From positions 4,154,001 through 4,218,000 of the forward strand of contig NC_092671.1 of assembly GCF_964355755.1 (NCBI RefSeq): DNA of 64,000 nt. The letters are read 5' to 3'. Below are positions 37,801 through 60,017 of this stretch, one piece after another. The DNA is from Antedon mediterranea. Lineage: Eukaryota; Animalia; Echinodermata. Each line of letters opens with the position of its first letter. Position 1 is the first letter of the stretch. The notes beneath the pieces were generated by a model, which searched no databases, was not told the origin of the DNA, and saw only the letters and a program-made list of their open reading frames with translations. The position numbers and the translations under genes are program-made.

Positions 37801-40800
37801 GACTCACTTATTCATCATGTCTTATCCAGAAAACTTGTAGCGTATTTGTAATGTATGTTATCTTCAAGATTTGTAACTTTTTTCTTGTTCTTTGTTGTCA
37901 GTAGCGCAGTGAGCGTCTTTTTTTTAGACGGATGCTTGCGCTTTACAAATTTCCATTATTATTATTATTATTATTATTATTACATTATCAAACATTGTGA
38001 TTTTATGTGATTGCTCATATGAACTTGATGATGTTATATCACTACCATATTTTAGCATATTACTACCATATTTGGGCACATCACACTTGTTTTGTCAAAC
38101 TAGTTTGATAGTGTAGACAGAGCTTTATATAAGCAGAATAATAAATGAATGACCCAGAATAACCGTTGCCCTTAGTTCACTTTAAATGAGTAAGCACAGA
38201 TTAAAAAAAAATCTACAGTTTTAAAATGTATGTTAAAAACACAATAAACCGCAATAACTGAAAACAAAGGTTGATATTCATAAATAAATTCAATTTAATT
38301 GAATTATCAGTTAAAAAAAGCTAAGAAATTAATTTTAATATAATTATTATTAGACTATCAAATTGTTTAAAGGTGTTTTCCATACTGATCTTTATCTACA
38401 TTTTTCTCTTCCTGTACGTGTCTGCCCCTTTCTTTCTCACCGGTATTCTTGTTTCTATTTTTAGTCCAAGCATACGAATCTGATTACGCACTGTGACAAT
38501 ACCCGAGGAAATCTAATTAGCATAATGACCTAGCCGTCGACGACGACCTGTCGCAATTGTATATGGTTTCACCTTTATATAGTGCTGGGCTAGGCTGGGC
38601 TGTAATGTGTGGAAATAGAAAGATCATCGTGATCATGTTGGTTTGATGATGGGAAATTTGATAGTGATGGTAACGATGAATATGATGATACTGTAGAGGA
38701 GGATTATACTGATACTGACGGTTGAGATGATGGCTATTGGTCATTGTCAGATATTATGATTATGGTGATGATGACAAGAGGATGGTGATGATGACAAGAG
38801 GACAGTAATGATTAATAATGATTAAAGATGACAAATATAAAGATGAAATTGAAATGACGATGATTATTATTCTGACGAATTTGATAACTATGACTTGGTG
38901 TCAGATGATGATTACAATAATGATAATAATATTGACAAATTTGATGCTTCAAATGATGATGATACAGTGATTTTTTAACTTATAATTATTTTTATTATCA
39001 TTTACAGTAAAGATCTGTCTACACTATCAAAATTTATGTGAAATAAAAAATGTCACTTTTTGTCAAACTAGTTTGACAGTGTAGACAGAACTTTAGATCA
39101 TATGTTTTCTTTTCAAATATTGCACACTTTTGGTAAAAAACCAAACAAAACAAAATGTTAGCAAGTAAAATTACATAACAATAATACATTCAGTGAAGCA
39201 GGTACAAAATGACTTATAACAGTTTCACTACTTTTTCTGCTGTCCTTGCTAATTTTGGTTTCAGACAGATCAGTCCTTCCTGTTGAATGTGAACTCACTC
39301 CAATTTAACCTCACAGCAAACTTTTCACTTTCATTCATGTATGGAATAGGTACTTAGAATTAATCTCATCAATTAACAGTCGTACACGCAATTAGCAAAA
39401 TTATAAGTAAGAATTTTGTAAAAAATTATTCTTACTGCATTTACCCTGCACACATCAAGTTTTTATGAATTTTGAATGATGTATTTTTTACCTAAATTTA
39501 ATAACCTTGATAACCTCATTTTTGTATTTTTATGTGAATTTTTAACTTTGCACAAAAATAATTTCAAGCCATGTACAGTATTTTAGAATAGAATTTAGAA
39601 TGTTTTGATGATGAATAAATAAAATATCAAAATTACTGCAAAAACTACATTTTTTACTACAATTACATTATTATTTTAGTTTTAATGTTGGAATGAGGCA
39701 TTCACTACAAATTAAACAGTATGTATGGTTACTGAAAAAAAGCTAAATAATTGATTTAATAATATACAGTACTATGTTTAAAAATACCAAACTTTTCAAA
39801 GTACTGACTCCAAATAACAAGAGGCAAGCCATGACCTGATGATGATAAAAAAAAAACCGAAACATTGAATCATAGCTTGTCTCTCATTATTTGGAGTCAG
39901 TTTACACTATGTTATATTTAAATATAATCAGTGCATCTATTGGATTTTAAAAGGAAAGTCTTGTTAAATATATGAAAAACTTTTAAATATTTTATAACTA
40001 TCCGTTAGATATTTTATTCTATCTTACCGTGCAAGGTTAGATATTGAGGATGGACCATCTCGCACTTTCTTCTTCGCGTCATCAACCTTCTTCTGGCAAA
40101 GTTCCAACTGTATAGAAACATTATTGAAGAAACTACATTAATTGGAATACATGGTGTAATTTTCTTAGCACAAATTTTAAACTGATGATGGACATCTTTT
40201 TTCAGGAACGTTTAAAAACGATGGAGAAATAAGTAATTGTTTATCCGTGGTAAAACTAATTATAAGATGCACAAAAACATGAAAATGAAGATTAATGAAA
40301 TCAGTTGAATAGGCCATTTTATAGTTTTAATGAAGTTAATCATATTCAATAGGGAAAAAATAATGATTTCACTTATGAAAAGTTAAAATAAACAGTTAAA
40401 TTTAACTAAAAACCTATTGTCTTGAATTACAGTTTTTCAGTTAAATTTTTTTTTTTGGGTGATCCAATTTTTGGTCAAAGTGATGTTACATTAAAATGGC
40501 ATATTTAACAAAAAATATTTAAAAAATTATTTTTCAGGACAATAAACTTTAAATATTGTAATTTATGATTGTGTTTGGTTGTGTTGTTAGGGACCGTCAA
40601 CATGAGAACACAACCTTATGGTATAATTAGTCATTAGTGTACAAAGCCATTCATTGTCATTTGTTAATAATTTACACACTTTCATTGTAGCATTTAATCA
40701 TCTCACTCATAGCTTTGAAAGAATCAATACAAACAAACAACAATTAATAATCCGGTTCACTCAATTACAAATTTAAAGAAATATTACATTGAATTCTGAA

Positions 40801-43800
40801 TTTTAAAAAAATATTTTAAAAAGATATATAGTTATATATTTATAAGCTTTTCTAAAAAAAGAGGGTAAAATGCGAATGAGGCTATGTCAACATTATTCTT
40901 AAAAGTTAGAAATTGTTGAATATTTGTAAAAACAGGTTATATAATATAGTTACTGCAGTAACTTCTGTAGAATAATTTGACGGTTCCTCAAGCACAAATT
41001 TTAATTAGTTTATGAGACAGTTGCTACCTGTATAATAAACAGTGTGTGATTACATATAAAAGCTTTTTATTTTAAATAAAAATGCGTAAACAAGTTAAAT
41101 AGTATAAATGAAATGTATTTACTGCAGTAACTGCAGTAGAATAAGTTTTAGACAAGAATTATTACCTCAACATAAGCATTCTGTATATCTGATGTTAAAT
41201 CTTCATAAATTTGCTGAAGGAAATCTGCATTGCTTGAATGTATTGCTTCTTCCTGTCAGGAGAGAATAAAAAAAGACGATGGTTGCCAAATTCAAGAAAA
41301 CCTGGTCACTGGAGAGACTGTCTAATGTATGTAGCAGACATAAATAAATGAGAACATAATTAGGTATTGATGACTTCCTATTCACATTGAACTATTGTAT
41401 AATTGAATACAAATTCAAGAATTTCAGAAAAGTAATTGTACTGCATGTTATAGGCATGAATATACTGTAAAGTATGATCCTTATAACCTCATCATATTTT
41501 ATCTTTAGTCTACAAGTGGATAAATTTGATCTTGAGGATATGAAATAGATATGAAGAAAAAAGATTCCACCTTTAAACAAACGGTTTCTAGTTGTTGTCA
41601 ATTTGCAGTACATAAAATATTCTACTTTCTCTAAAAAGTGATTAATAGATGATTCATACATACAAAAAGTACATGATATTGAAAGCCTAAAAACTGGAAA
41701 TAAGAGTGAATTTAATTAAGATACCTGTGGATTTACTTTACTTTTATATTATAAGTTCCCCTGGGGATTTAAGACACCTTAGTTTTTTAGATACCCAGAA
41801 ATTTTAAGATATACCTGGCAATTAAAGGTGCCCTGGGAATTTAAGATACCCTGAGATTTTAAGATACACTGGGAAGTTAAGGTAACCTGGGAGTTTAAGA
41901 TACCCTGGGATTTTTAAATACCCTGGGAATTTAATATACCCTGGGATTTTAGGATACCCTGGGATTTTAAGATACTGTGGGATTTTAAGATACTGTGGGA
42001 TTTTAATAATAATAAATAATAAATGAAAACTTATATAGCGCCGGTATCCTCCACCCATGTGGCGCTCATGGCGCTTTGTGCATTAACAACGTGCGAGAAC
42101 ATCAGCAAATAGCGACGTCTTTAGATACCCTGGGGATTTTAAGATACCCTGGGATTAAACTTTGCTCACCGAATTCAGGTGCTTGTGGCAGAGATCTTGT
42201 CTCCAACTAAGTAATGTTTTCTTCACTTCATTACGATGTTGAGATAAATTATCCATATTTTTTCCAATCTTCTCCAAGACATCTATCTACATACAAATAT
42301 GAAATGTATTTATTGTTTGCATAATTATATAGGATAGTTTATTCCACATTCTTGACAAGGCTAATATTTTTTTTTAATAAGTGAGCTTGTCCTAGGATGT
42401 ACAATAACGATGGACTGTAATTTAGACCAAGAATTAGTGAACCCTGATAAATGATCTTAAAATTTATAAGTAATTAGTTTATTTCCTGTATTATGCAGTA
42501 ACGCCACTCCACGTTTTCCTTATAAAAAAAAATCTAATATTAAATCAGATTATAGCTAAGAAACTGAAACCATTTAATGGTGCTATGATATCTGTATTTA
42601 GTAAACAGTGTATATTATGATGATTTAAAAAATGGTTTTGTCTTGCTACTGTTTATGTTGACAATGCAGTAGATGTTGGAAAAAGAATAATTTTGTAATG
42701 TATTAAATTAATTAAAAATATTGATAATGGTGCTGATAATTAGGAAGTTCATGGTAATTTGAGATTCACATATTTTGTCCTTAATGGAAACACATTGATT
42801 CAGAGCATAGTATAAGTTATAACACTAAAATGTATAAAAAATAAACTATAATATATAATGTTTGTAGGGACTGGAAAAGTATTTTATTTTGTCTAACTTC
42901 TTCCTATGTTTGTGTGATTTACCTATATGTTATAATATTAGGAATACTGTAAATTTTGAAAAGTAAATTATGATAAATGATGACAATGATTTATATATTA
43001 TAACAATAATGATGAACAAATAATGTTGATAATGATGGAAAGATTATAATTATGGTGATGATGATGATTATAATGATGATAATGATGAAAAGATAATGAT
43101 GATTATGATGATGGGACAATGATGATTATGATGATGGGACAATGATGATAATGGAAAGATGACGATGATGGAAAAATGATGATTATGATGATGATGAATT
43201 CATGACTCTATAGAATTAACTAATACCTGTCGCATAAGAATATCCTGCACCCGATCAACATCATCTGCATGAAGACGAATAATGGGAAGAATAAACAGAT
43301 GAAGAAGTTGCAGAAAGTCCTCCTGGATGTCATCCTTACTTCCAGCTGCTATTTGGTGAGCTAGCTGCATCCCTTGCTGAAGATCCACATCTGGTGTATA
43401 ATATTCCTCATCTACATTGACTACAAATTTGCATAAACACCTGTTACTTGTTTGATTACAGTTACTCGAAAGTTTATTTTATTATGTAGACTTTTAATTA
43501 AAGTTTGGAAAAATCTTCTTTATAAGCATACTGTATTTAGAACCTCTTCTTAATCGCTAGGACAACCATTTAGAGGAAACCCATAATAATTGAACAAATC
43601 TATAAAGTAGGCCTATACTGTATATGGCATATTTATCATTCAGGTTCATTTTTCATTATACTAAATTTGCATAAATGAATATTCAATAACCATGTGAAAA
43701 ATTGTGTGTATAATAAAGTAGTTTTGCAATGACATACTTATCCATCAGCTTCATTACAATTTATTTGCATAAATGAATATTCAATAACCTTGTAAAAATG

Positions 43801-46714
43801 GTGTCATTATAAAGTAGGCCTGCAATGACTATACGAATTAATTATTTTTCTCCTAACCTTCTGTTCAAATTTGCATTTCTTGAAACCCTCCTGGGGTTGA
43901 TCTGTTGATATCTCATTTATGCTAATTATTGTCAATGACATTTATAGTGCCATGGGGAAAGGCAGATTCAAACTAGATTCTAAAAATGTACAATTTAATT
44001 AACATGATACTATCACTAACACATACAGCATTATATAGTCGTCATTGCTTCTTCTTATCTACATTTTTGTATGGAGATAAAATTGTCTTAATAAACTTAT
44101 CTGGGGGTCAGATTGTTCAAATGCTTAGCAATAAAAGTAATCCTAACTTTGTTTAAATAAAGTAAGTTTTAAATATATACTGTTTTTCTAATCTTAGATA
44201 AAGAATCTATTCCTGGCCATAAGCTAAAGTCCTAGTTTTTCACCTACGCACTTCTAAACTATTTTTTAGACTTAAGCTTGATTGATGCCAATCCTGATTA
44301 TTAGCTAGACTGTAAATTATATAAAATTGCAATATAATTTATAGTTAGTTTCTGTATAGTAATATGAAATTTCATCTTTATTTTGAGAAACAACTAAATT
44401 CTGGGTTTAGTGTACTGTGGCCGTATTTACCGATCACACTTAAGTAATATTTCCCTTAAGTATTAAGTATTTCACTTAACTCAATAAATATTTAAGTATT
44501 TCCCTTAAATTGTATTCACTTAGAAATGTGGATGGTGAATACGGCCACTGTATCCAAAGTTTTAAATTGTAGGAAAACCCTACCTTATTATTTAATAATT
44601 TTGATACATAAGCTATGCATTTCTATTCAGTAAAATAAAGTATCATAGTGTAAAAAAATGTACTAATTCTGCATCAACAAATCATAAGTTTAAGAATAAG
44701 ATTTTTTATGCAGACCTTCCATATGAATAAATTTGCACAGAGAAAAATTTCATTTTAAAATTTTGTTTAGCAATTATTGCTAATCAAACTGATTTTTAGG
44801 CGAGAAACATAGTTTTGTATTGTCTTTTTTGCTACACAATTTTAGAAATGTGTAGCAATAAGGTTGTTTTGTATAGCTTTTTGCTATGCTACACTGGCGA
44901 AATTATTCCCTGTTGCATATTGACAAGTGTTTGTTATTTTAACAATCAACTTAACTTTTCAGGACTAAGTGTCAAGATGCATACATCAATACATTTTCAT
45001 AATCCATCCATCCAATTACATTTCCTTGACATACTCTTTTATGACTATTTCCCAGGTGTAAAAAATGTAAATAAAATGCATGCATGAATAAATAAATTAG
45101 CATACTTTCTTGGGAGTGACTACATCTTTCAAACTTGTTTTTAACTCGTCGTCCAATTTGACAGTTACCATCACATGTTGTCCATTGAATTAGGTTAAAT
45201 TCACAATCAATCAGTATTGCATCCAACACAAGTACCTATCAATATATCAATAATAATCAATAAATCAACAATAATAATTAATCAATATGTCAAAAATAAA
45301 ATCAATAATTGATGTGAGAAAGAATGTAGCCTGCTGTAAACGCTCTTCCTCATATTTTTTTCCATCTATTTAGGTTAAATTTGCAATTAAATTGTCAATA
45401 TATCAATAACAATCAATACAGTATCAAGTACAAAATCTATTATTGGTAGAATAAGGTAGGCTGCTCTAAATTATCTATCTACTAATTGTAATTTAATGGG
45501 GAAGTCCCAAATGATAAACAAACAAAAATGTTTGCTTAAGTTTAAGCATTTATATTATCAAGTTATTACAATATTTAGATAACATTTAACAATAACATTG
45601 AATTTTTTTTATCAGATAACATTTTCCCTCAAGCAGAATAGAACAGTGAAAATCATCTTTCATTTTAGTTATTTTTTACTTATTTTTTACTTATTTTAAA
45701 CATGAACGTGTGTGTAAAGTGCTTAGTAACACTTCACTACATAGACAATCATTATTATTTTATTACTATTCAAATTAATGTTGAATGAAAGGACATAGGA
45801 CATTTGAAGTGTTCAAACATTTGTCAGACCCAGAACCGGTGACTCCTGCACATTGAAAAGGTCACATGTAAACCCTATGCCAATCACACTAAAGACATCT
45901 ATATATCAGGTGGTGGTGTGTGGATAAAATCTGGCAGGTGGCAGACAGGAGTTTATATGACTCACATTAAACCAATTTTAATAAAATATATAAAGAACAA
46001 AAGAAAAACATAATTAAATTTTACACACTTTCATTTTTTTTCTTCCTTTTACTAATTAGTAAAGGTATTTCTAAATAAAAGTAAATAATTTTCTATAAAT
46101 AACTTTAAAAAAAATACTGTAAGCCCTGCAATTATCTTGTAGGTAGGCCTACATGTTATCTCGTGGGGGTCATTGCACAAGCTTAACATGAAAAGTAGTT
46201 TTTATATAGAATTATAATAATATATTACGATTAGGCCTAGTTCTTGCAGAAAAATAGATATGATTTTTGTTACATCTTTGTGCACAAATCCTTTATTTAG
46301 TTTTATGGAAAAATTGATTTTGATTTGATTGATTTGTTGATTTGTTTGATTTGATTGATATTTAAATTTTAAAAACACCAACTTCCTCAAAAGAAAAGCA
46401 TTTGTTGAGTGACAAACTATATTTAATAATCTATACCGACACCATACCATACCATACAATAATATTATTAGGAATAATATTCCATCCATGCATGTTAAAG
46501 TAGTTCTAACCTAAAAAGATAATCCATGCTAAAGTGATGATGAATTTATAGTTACCTTAAACCACAAAGCTGGTTCTAAGCCATTTACATTGAGCTTATG
46601 AATGTGTCCAGATTTGCTTGTTAAAAACTGGGGTATACATCCATCCACAAGAGACACCACCGGCAGCTGTTGTTGTTCTCCACCGTTCCCCCGCTGCCTT
46701 ATAAAAACGTACAT
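16490..46714 (-). CDS. VPS9 domain-containing protein (Rab5-family GEF-like), 16 coding exons, ~925 aa
   Basis: Exons 46714-46556, 45235-45106, 43420-43227, 42286-42170, 40107-40028, 35543-35454, 33379-33271, 23847-23761, 23248-23134, 22610-22552, 21508-21365, 20716-20558, 19894-19823, 18674-18555, 18233-17327, 16725-16490. All introns GT-AG and phase-compatible (2778 nt). C-terminus has a VPS9 pattern: PVSKLQWLYRCIKEV...LSGEDLLTALILFLL...HLAFLQDYMP...QHGFTVTQFWSALSYL. Start codon and orthology are uncertain. Confidence 0.8.
20412..20519. mobile_element. MITE family A, internally deleted
   Basis: AAAGCTCTATCTA..CACTATC...TAGTGTAGATAGAGCTTTA. Confidence 0.8.
23928..24372. repeat. Degenerate ~19-21-bp minisatellite (AGTATAAGCCCACTCTTA)
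   Basis: About 20 diverged units. Confidence 0.85.
25038..25265 (-). mobile_element. 5'-truncated SINE with Meta-type central domain and (TTTACC)n tail
   Basis: Minus strand GTCCTTTGGATGGGATGTAAAGCCG...GCACGTTAAAGAAC...AAGAGTAGGGG...CCCGGTGT resembles the MetaSINE domain as recalled; inserted at the end of a pogo-like MITE fragment. Confidence 0.65.
26285..26912. repeat. Degenerate 21-bp minisatellite (ATGATCAGGTATGCAAATGATA-like) with 63-bp higher order
   Basis: CCTACAATGAA[AT]ATTAG variant recurs at ~26415, 26482, 26548, 26681, 26810. Confidence 0.9.
29600..30110. repeat. 80/81-bp minisatellite inside a family B MITE
   Basis: CACTATACAG starts at 29621, 29702, 29782, 29863, 29943. Confidence 0.9.
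36777..36901 (-). mobile_element. Fold-back element with degenerate hammerhead-like core
   Basis: Perfect 28-bp inverted repeat (36777-36804 / 36874-36901); minus strand reads gTGAGGA-G-GATC-loop-GATC-tAAAC-GTC. Confidence 0.45.
37600..37982 (+). mobile_element. L2-clade LINE 3' fragment
   Basis: FSDHSFTNCAPMLWNRLP...TFKSSLKTHLF remnant, terminal stem-loop (AGCGCA..CGTCT..AGACG..TGCGCT) and (ATT)n tail. Confidence 0.8.
37983..38126. mobile_element. MITE family A, left end lost at the L2 tail
   Basis: Right TIR GATAGTGTAGACAGAGCTTTA intact. Confidence 0.8.
39007..39095. mobile_element. MITE family A, short deletion derivative
   Basis: Both TIRs present, centre deleted. Confidence 0.8.
39803..39901 (+). 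mobile_element. Fold-back element with decayed hammerhead-like core
   Basis: 33-bp arms (28/33 match) directly enclose CTGATGA (39836-39842) and GAAAC (39859-39863). Confidence 0.5.
40310..40550. mobile_element. Dispersed repeat with terminus ATAGGCCATTT (MITE-like)
   Basis: Reverse-complement similarity to ~8160-8392 and ~56500-56650. Confidence 0.5.
41715..42156. repeat. 18-bp minisatellite (TTTAAGATACCCTGGGA) interrupted by a retroposon 3' tail
   Basis: About 16 units; insert at ~42005-42119 begins with an (AAT)n tail on the minus strand. Confidence 0.85.
44413..44552. mobile_element. MITE with TIR C[AT]GTGGCCGTATT[TC]AC, TA-flanked
   Basis: TACTGTGGCCGTATTTACC ... GGTGAATACGGCCACTGTA; internal AAGTATTTCCCTTAA repeats. 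Confidence 0.7.
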
Positions 46715-46754
46715 TTTCAAAAGATTCACCAAATTTAAACGTAAAGAATCTCAT

Positions 46755-47688
46755 TGCCACACTAAAGTAACACACTGACTTGTTTTACAAACCATTTTAA
46801 ATACTTTATGCGATTTTCCGGGTTAAGAATTAATCGAAATGAGTCACTTTTGGATGGGCCTGAGCTGTCAAGTGGGACACAACCAGGAAATTAGTTATTG
46901 TAATGTTTTTGTTTGTGCGCCCTCATCAGTCTGAATTTCTTAACGCTTAGACTTTTCTAAAAAAAAGTAGACGTGATTTATTCAATTATCAATAATCAAT
47001 AATCAATTTGATTTCAGTTAATTTTTATGATTTAGATTGAATTTACTTGTGAATTACTATTGTATCTTTCATAGTTTCGGATATCTAAAATTAATGATCA
47101 TACCATTAATGAATGATTTAATTTATTTCCATAATCCCCAAAATATTTTTTTAGCGACTGAACAAAGAGACTACTTAACTAACTTGTTAACTATAGATGG
47201 CGCCTTATTAGTAAATAAAACGCACGTTTCGTACTCTGTTTACTACGGTGGTAACTTTACTTCTTAAAATTAACTTTTAGGATTGAATTTTTTAAATGTT
47301 AATTTAGTGCAATAAATAATGAATAAAGGAAGTATTACATTCTTAATCAAACATCGTATTATATTATAATCTTATTATTGCTAGGCCTAGGTTTAGGTCC
47401 AACCGTGTCAGTGGGTCATTTCTTTCCTAGCCCAGCCGCACATACAGTGTTTGGCAGGCTACCACAAGTACACACAGGTGAAGTGTAGCCATACCTGCTA
47501 GTTGGGCCTACATTTTTTTTATTCGTCGCTAAAGTTTTATTTGTTGGTGTATATGTGTGTTTTTATAGAAATCTTTTTATTTTCTTTTTTATTTCAGATA
47601 ATGCCCAAATGATAATATATTATAAAAAATAATAAATTTAAGAAAAAAATTAAAATAAACAAAACGAAAACATTATTTATAATAAATA
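46755..47688. promoter_or_regulatory. Putative bidirectional promoter region between the VPS9-domain gene and AARS2
   Basis: Divergent start codons ~975 bp apart; locally CpG-containing; CTCF-like words at ~46915 (GCGCCCTC) and ~47191 (CTATAGATGGCGCC). Confidence 0.6.
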
Positions 47689-57029
<9,341 letters not shown>

Positions 57030-57270
57030 AAAACTCAAGAAAGAGATTGGGGTTGGATATATTCACTTCTAGACGAGTAATGTTGTATCACATGTGAGAT
57101 CTGTATCCTAGGCCATATAATCCAGGCGTCACATGTGATACTTGTGACACCGAATTTGCCTATGATACTGAACATAATACTATACTGTATGTGGAGATAC
57201 AGTACAGAGAATAGGATGGAATAATGTGGAGAATGATGTTAATTTTAGCTGCAAAGAAAGATCATGCTAG

Positions 57271-57307
57271 AATAAATTCAAAAGGTTCTGAAAATGTATT
57301 GAATAAA
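57271..57307 (+). other. Candidate AARS2 polyadenylation signals
   Basis: AATAAA at 57271 and 57302, ~240-270 nt after the stop codon. Confidence 0.45.
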
Positions 57308-57757
57308 CATTTAAAAGGTGCAATTAAGTATTGGAGTATTTTTGTTATCAATAAGTCATTTTTAAACTTTAGTTATTAACCTCAACAAGTTTAAAGCCAT
57401 TTAACAAATCATGAAAACCAGATTATGTCGTTGCTCTTTTGAAAAGGCTGTTTCCACGCTAAAATAGCTCAACTAGTCAGCTGCCTTTGTTGGGCAGACC
57501 CGTAAATCAGAAAGTCCTTTTCCAACTGGACGAAATATTACAGCTAGCAGTAAAAAGACAAAATGTGTCATAATGCTAAAAAATATTTAAAACAAATTGG
57601 CGCGCCTGTTTAATCTTACTAGTGTTTATAAAAAAATATATAAATTTTCATTAATGAATATTCATTTGTTGTGTTTTGTATTTGTGTACCTCTAAAGTAT
57701 TTTAAATTCCCAGAGTAACTTTAATTTGATTATTAGGCCTATAGATAGTAATAGTCT

Positions 57758-57903
57758 ATAAAGTTCCCACTTGAACGCATCGCAAGGAAAGAAGCGCAAT
57801 TTGACCAATCACAAGCAATGGATTATTATCGGTTGCCATTGGCCAATTCGCATAAGTTGCGTCTACGATCCTTGCGTTATGTTTTAATGAGAACCAAATT
57901 TTA
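57758..57903. mobile_element. MITE family C (AACGCAACGCAAG / TTGACCAATCAC type)
   Basis: Imperfect palindromic element; related copies at ~10864-11005, 36565-36695 and 2020-2125. Confidence 0.6.
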
Positions 57904-59253
57904 AAATTTAAATAATGGCAAACAGTAAAATAAAAAATCATAATTGTATAAAAATGTTTAAGATCTATTAAATTTTGCTAAGTTGTTATTATAATATGTA
58001 TAATCCAAAAAAGAAGAGTGTAAATTCACTTTCCAATATTACACGCCGTTTTCTTCTTGTTTGAACTTAGGCCTATTGTTTCATTGTCAATACAGAACAA
58101 AAAAACGGGTTTTAGATAATATGGTAATGGGGTTAATTCTTAACTTAATATAAATCATGTAATGTATTACTAATACATCACATATTTGATATTCTTCTTA
58201 ATTCTTTTATCGTCTTGATATTAAAATTGAATATTATGTTTGTAATGAGAATGATATTGTGAATTGTTATACTTAATATTATTAGATAGCTAAAGGTAGG
58301 CTGCTTGCATACAACAAGATAGTTCCCAGTCAGGGAAAATGGCAAAAGGCTTTCTACTTTCTAGGAGTTTTATCAGTTAAGTTATCAGATTTTTCATTAC
58401 ACAGTATTGTTATATATTGACAACTCTGTAACTGATTTTACCATTTTCCCCCGAACTGATACAGTCAATATAAGTTCTCATTGTAATGCCAAAAAGTACT
58501 TCAACTTATCAGGCGTAAATTAATGGACGGTCTCTTTTGATTACCACTACGCCTCAGGACCCGCTTGGTATAACTTTATTATGTCTAGCCCGAAAGTTAG
58601 TATGGCCTTTTATGATATAATAATCCTACTTTTCTCACAAATGTATAATAATGCAGTTAAGAACTGAGTGAAATATTTAAGTATATAAAAGGTTACTTAC
58701 ATTTTATTAACACACAGGAATGCGAACTGACAAGTCTATGCTGTGGTCTGACAATAATAACGTTGTATGTCAACACAGCACATGTGGACATTTTAGAAAT
58801 GCTAATAGAGTAATACAGGTGGCTGTGTTAATGATGCTGTGTACTTTTAACAAGTTTTCTTTCAAACTCATTATCGGTTTATTAGTGGACTAAATCGTTT
58901 TGGCAGCATTTGTAACGAGTGCAGTGCAATAGTGGTTTTGCGTGTTACATTAGAATTTATTCCGTTGAATAGATTCATTATTTAATTATTAATTAACGGA
59001 AATAAGAACAGAAATCATGAACAAACTAATTAAAATTGTTTTCCTCATTTTCATTCATTATTTTCCTACAAAACATACACAACAAAAAGAGAAAAAAATC
59101 ACTAGGAAATTAACAGAATCTTCCACAAAACAAAATAAATTTAATTTAAAATTAAAATATCAATTTGCGCCAAAGCTGATGCAGGTTAGATTGTGGAAGT
59201 ATATTAACTATGGTTTTAATTTGAATTATTATTTGGGGATTGCATAGTGTGGC

Positions 59254-59390
59254 TAAGCTGTCTACACTATCAAACTTTATGTGATAAAAATGTGCTGTGC
59301 CCATCATACCCATGATGGTGTCATATCACTACCATATTTGGGTACATCAACTTTTTTGTCAAACTAGTTTGATGTGTAGACAGAACTTTA
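59254..59390. mobile_element. MITE family A
   Basis: AAGCTGTCTACACTATCAAACT...AGTTTGATGTGTAGACAGAACTTTA. Confidence 0.85.
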
Positions 59391-60017
59391 GATTAGATCA
59401 ATCGCAAAATTAATGTACATATTGCTGATACGTCAAAATCAAACATTCTTAATCAAAATACATACATACAAACAAAAACATAACAAAAACATAAACCATT
59501 TTAGACCTACATTTTATTTGTTTACACATGGTATAAAACGTGTAGATTAAACATACATATTATTTTGCTGAGCCAACTGTTGTCTCAGATATTTGGTTGT
59601 CAAAGTCAAGTCAAAAGTAATATGTAAATTTCTCTTGTCAATTAATAATAATGTAAGTTGAGTAACAATCTAAGGATATAATTTTTGACCTCGATACATT
59701 TGTATAAAAACACACGCACAAAAAACTGACTCTACATTGTCAAATTGGGTATACAATGTCATAATTTCTTATTTTAGCTTATCCTATTTGATTGATTGTA
59801 GAAAATGTAAAGGAAATTAAGGATCAACTTTTATGATGAATCAATTAGATTCAAGATAAAGTACGTTTTATTGAAAAAAAGTAGATTGAACTATAGTCTC
59901 GTTATACCAGACACTAAACTCTGACGATTACGAACACTTTTCTTTGTATCCCGGATGTATGACGATATTCCGTAACAATTTTTTCTCGATTTTTGTTCTT
60001 TTCTTCAATTCTTTGAA

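Noticed and set aside
43858-43980. Extra exon of the VPS9 gene (AG...AAG|GTTAG)
   Set aside because: Has a stop in the required frame, and the flanking exons join in phase without it. An alternative first exon cannot be excluded.
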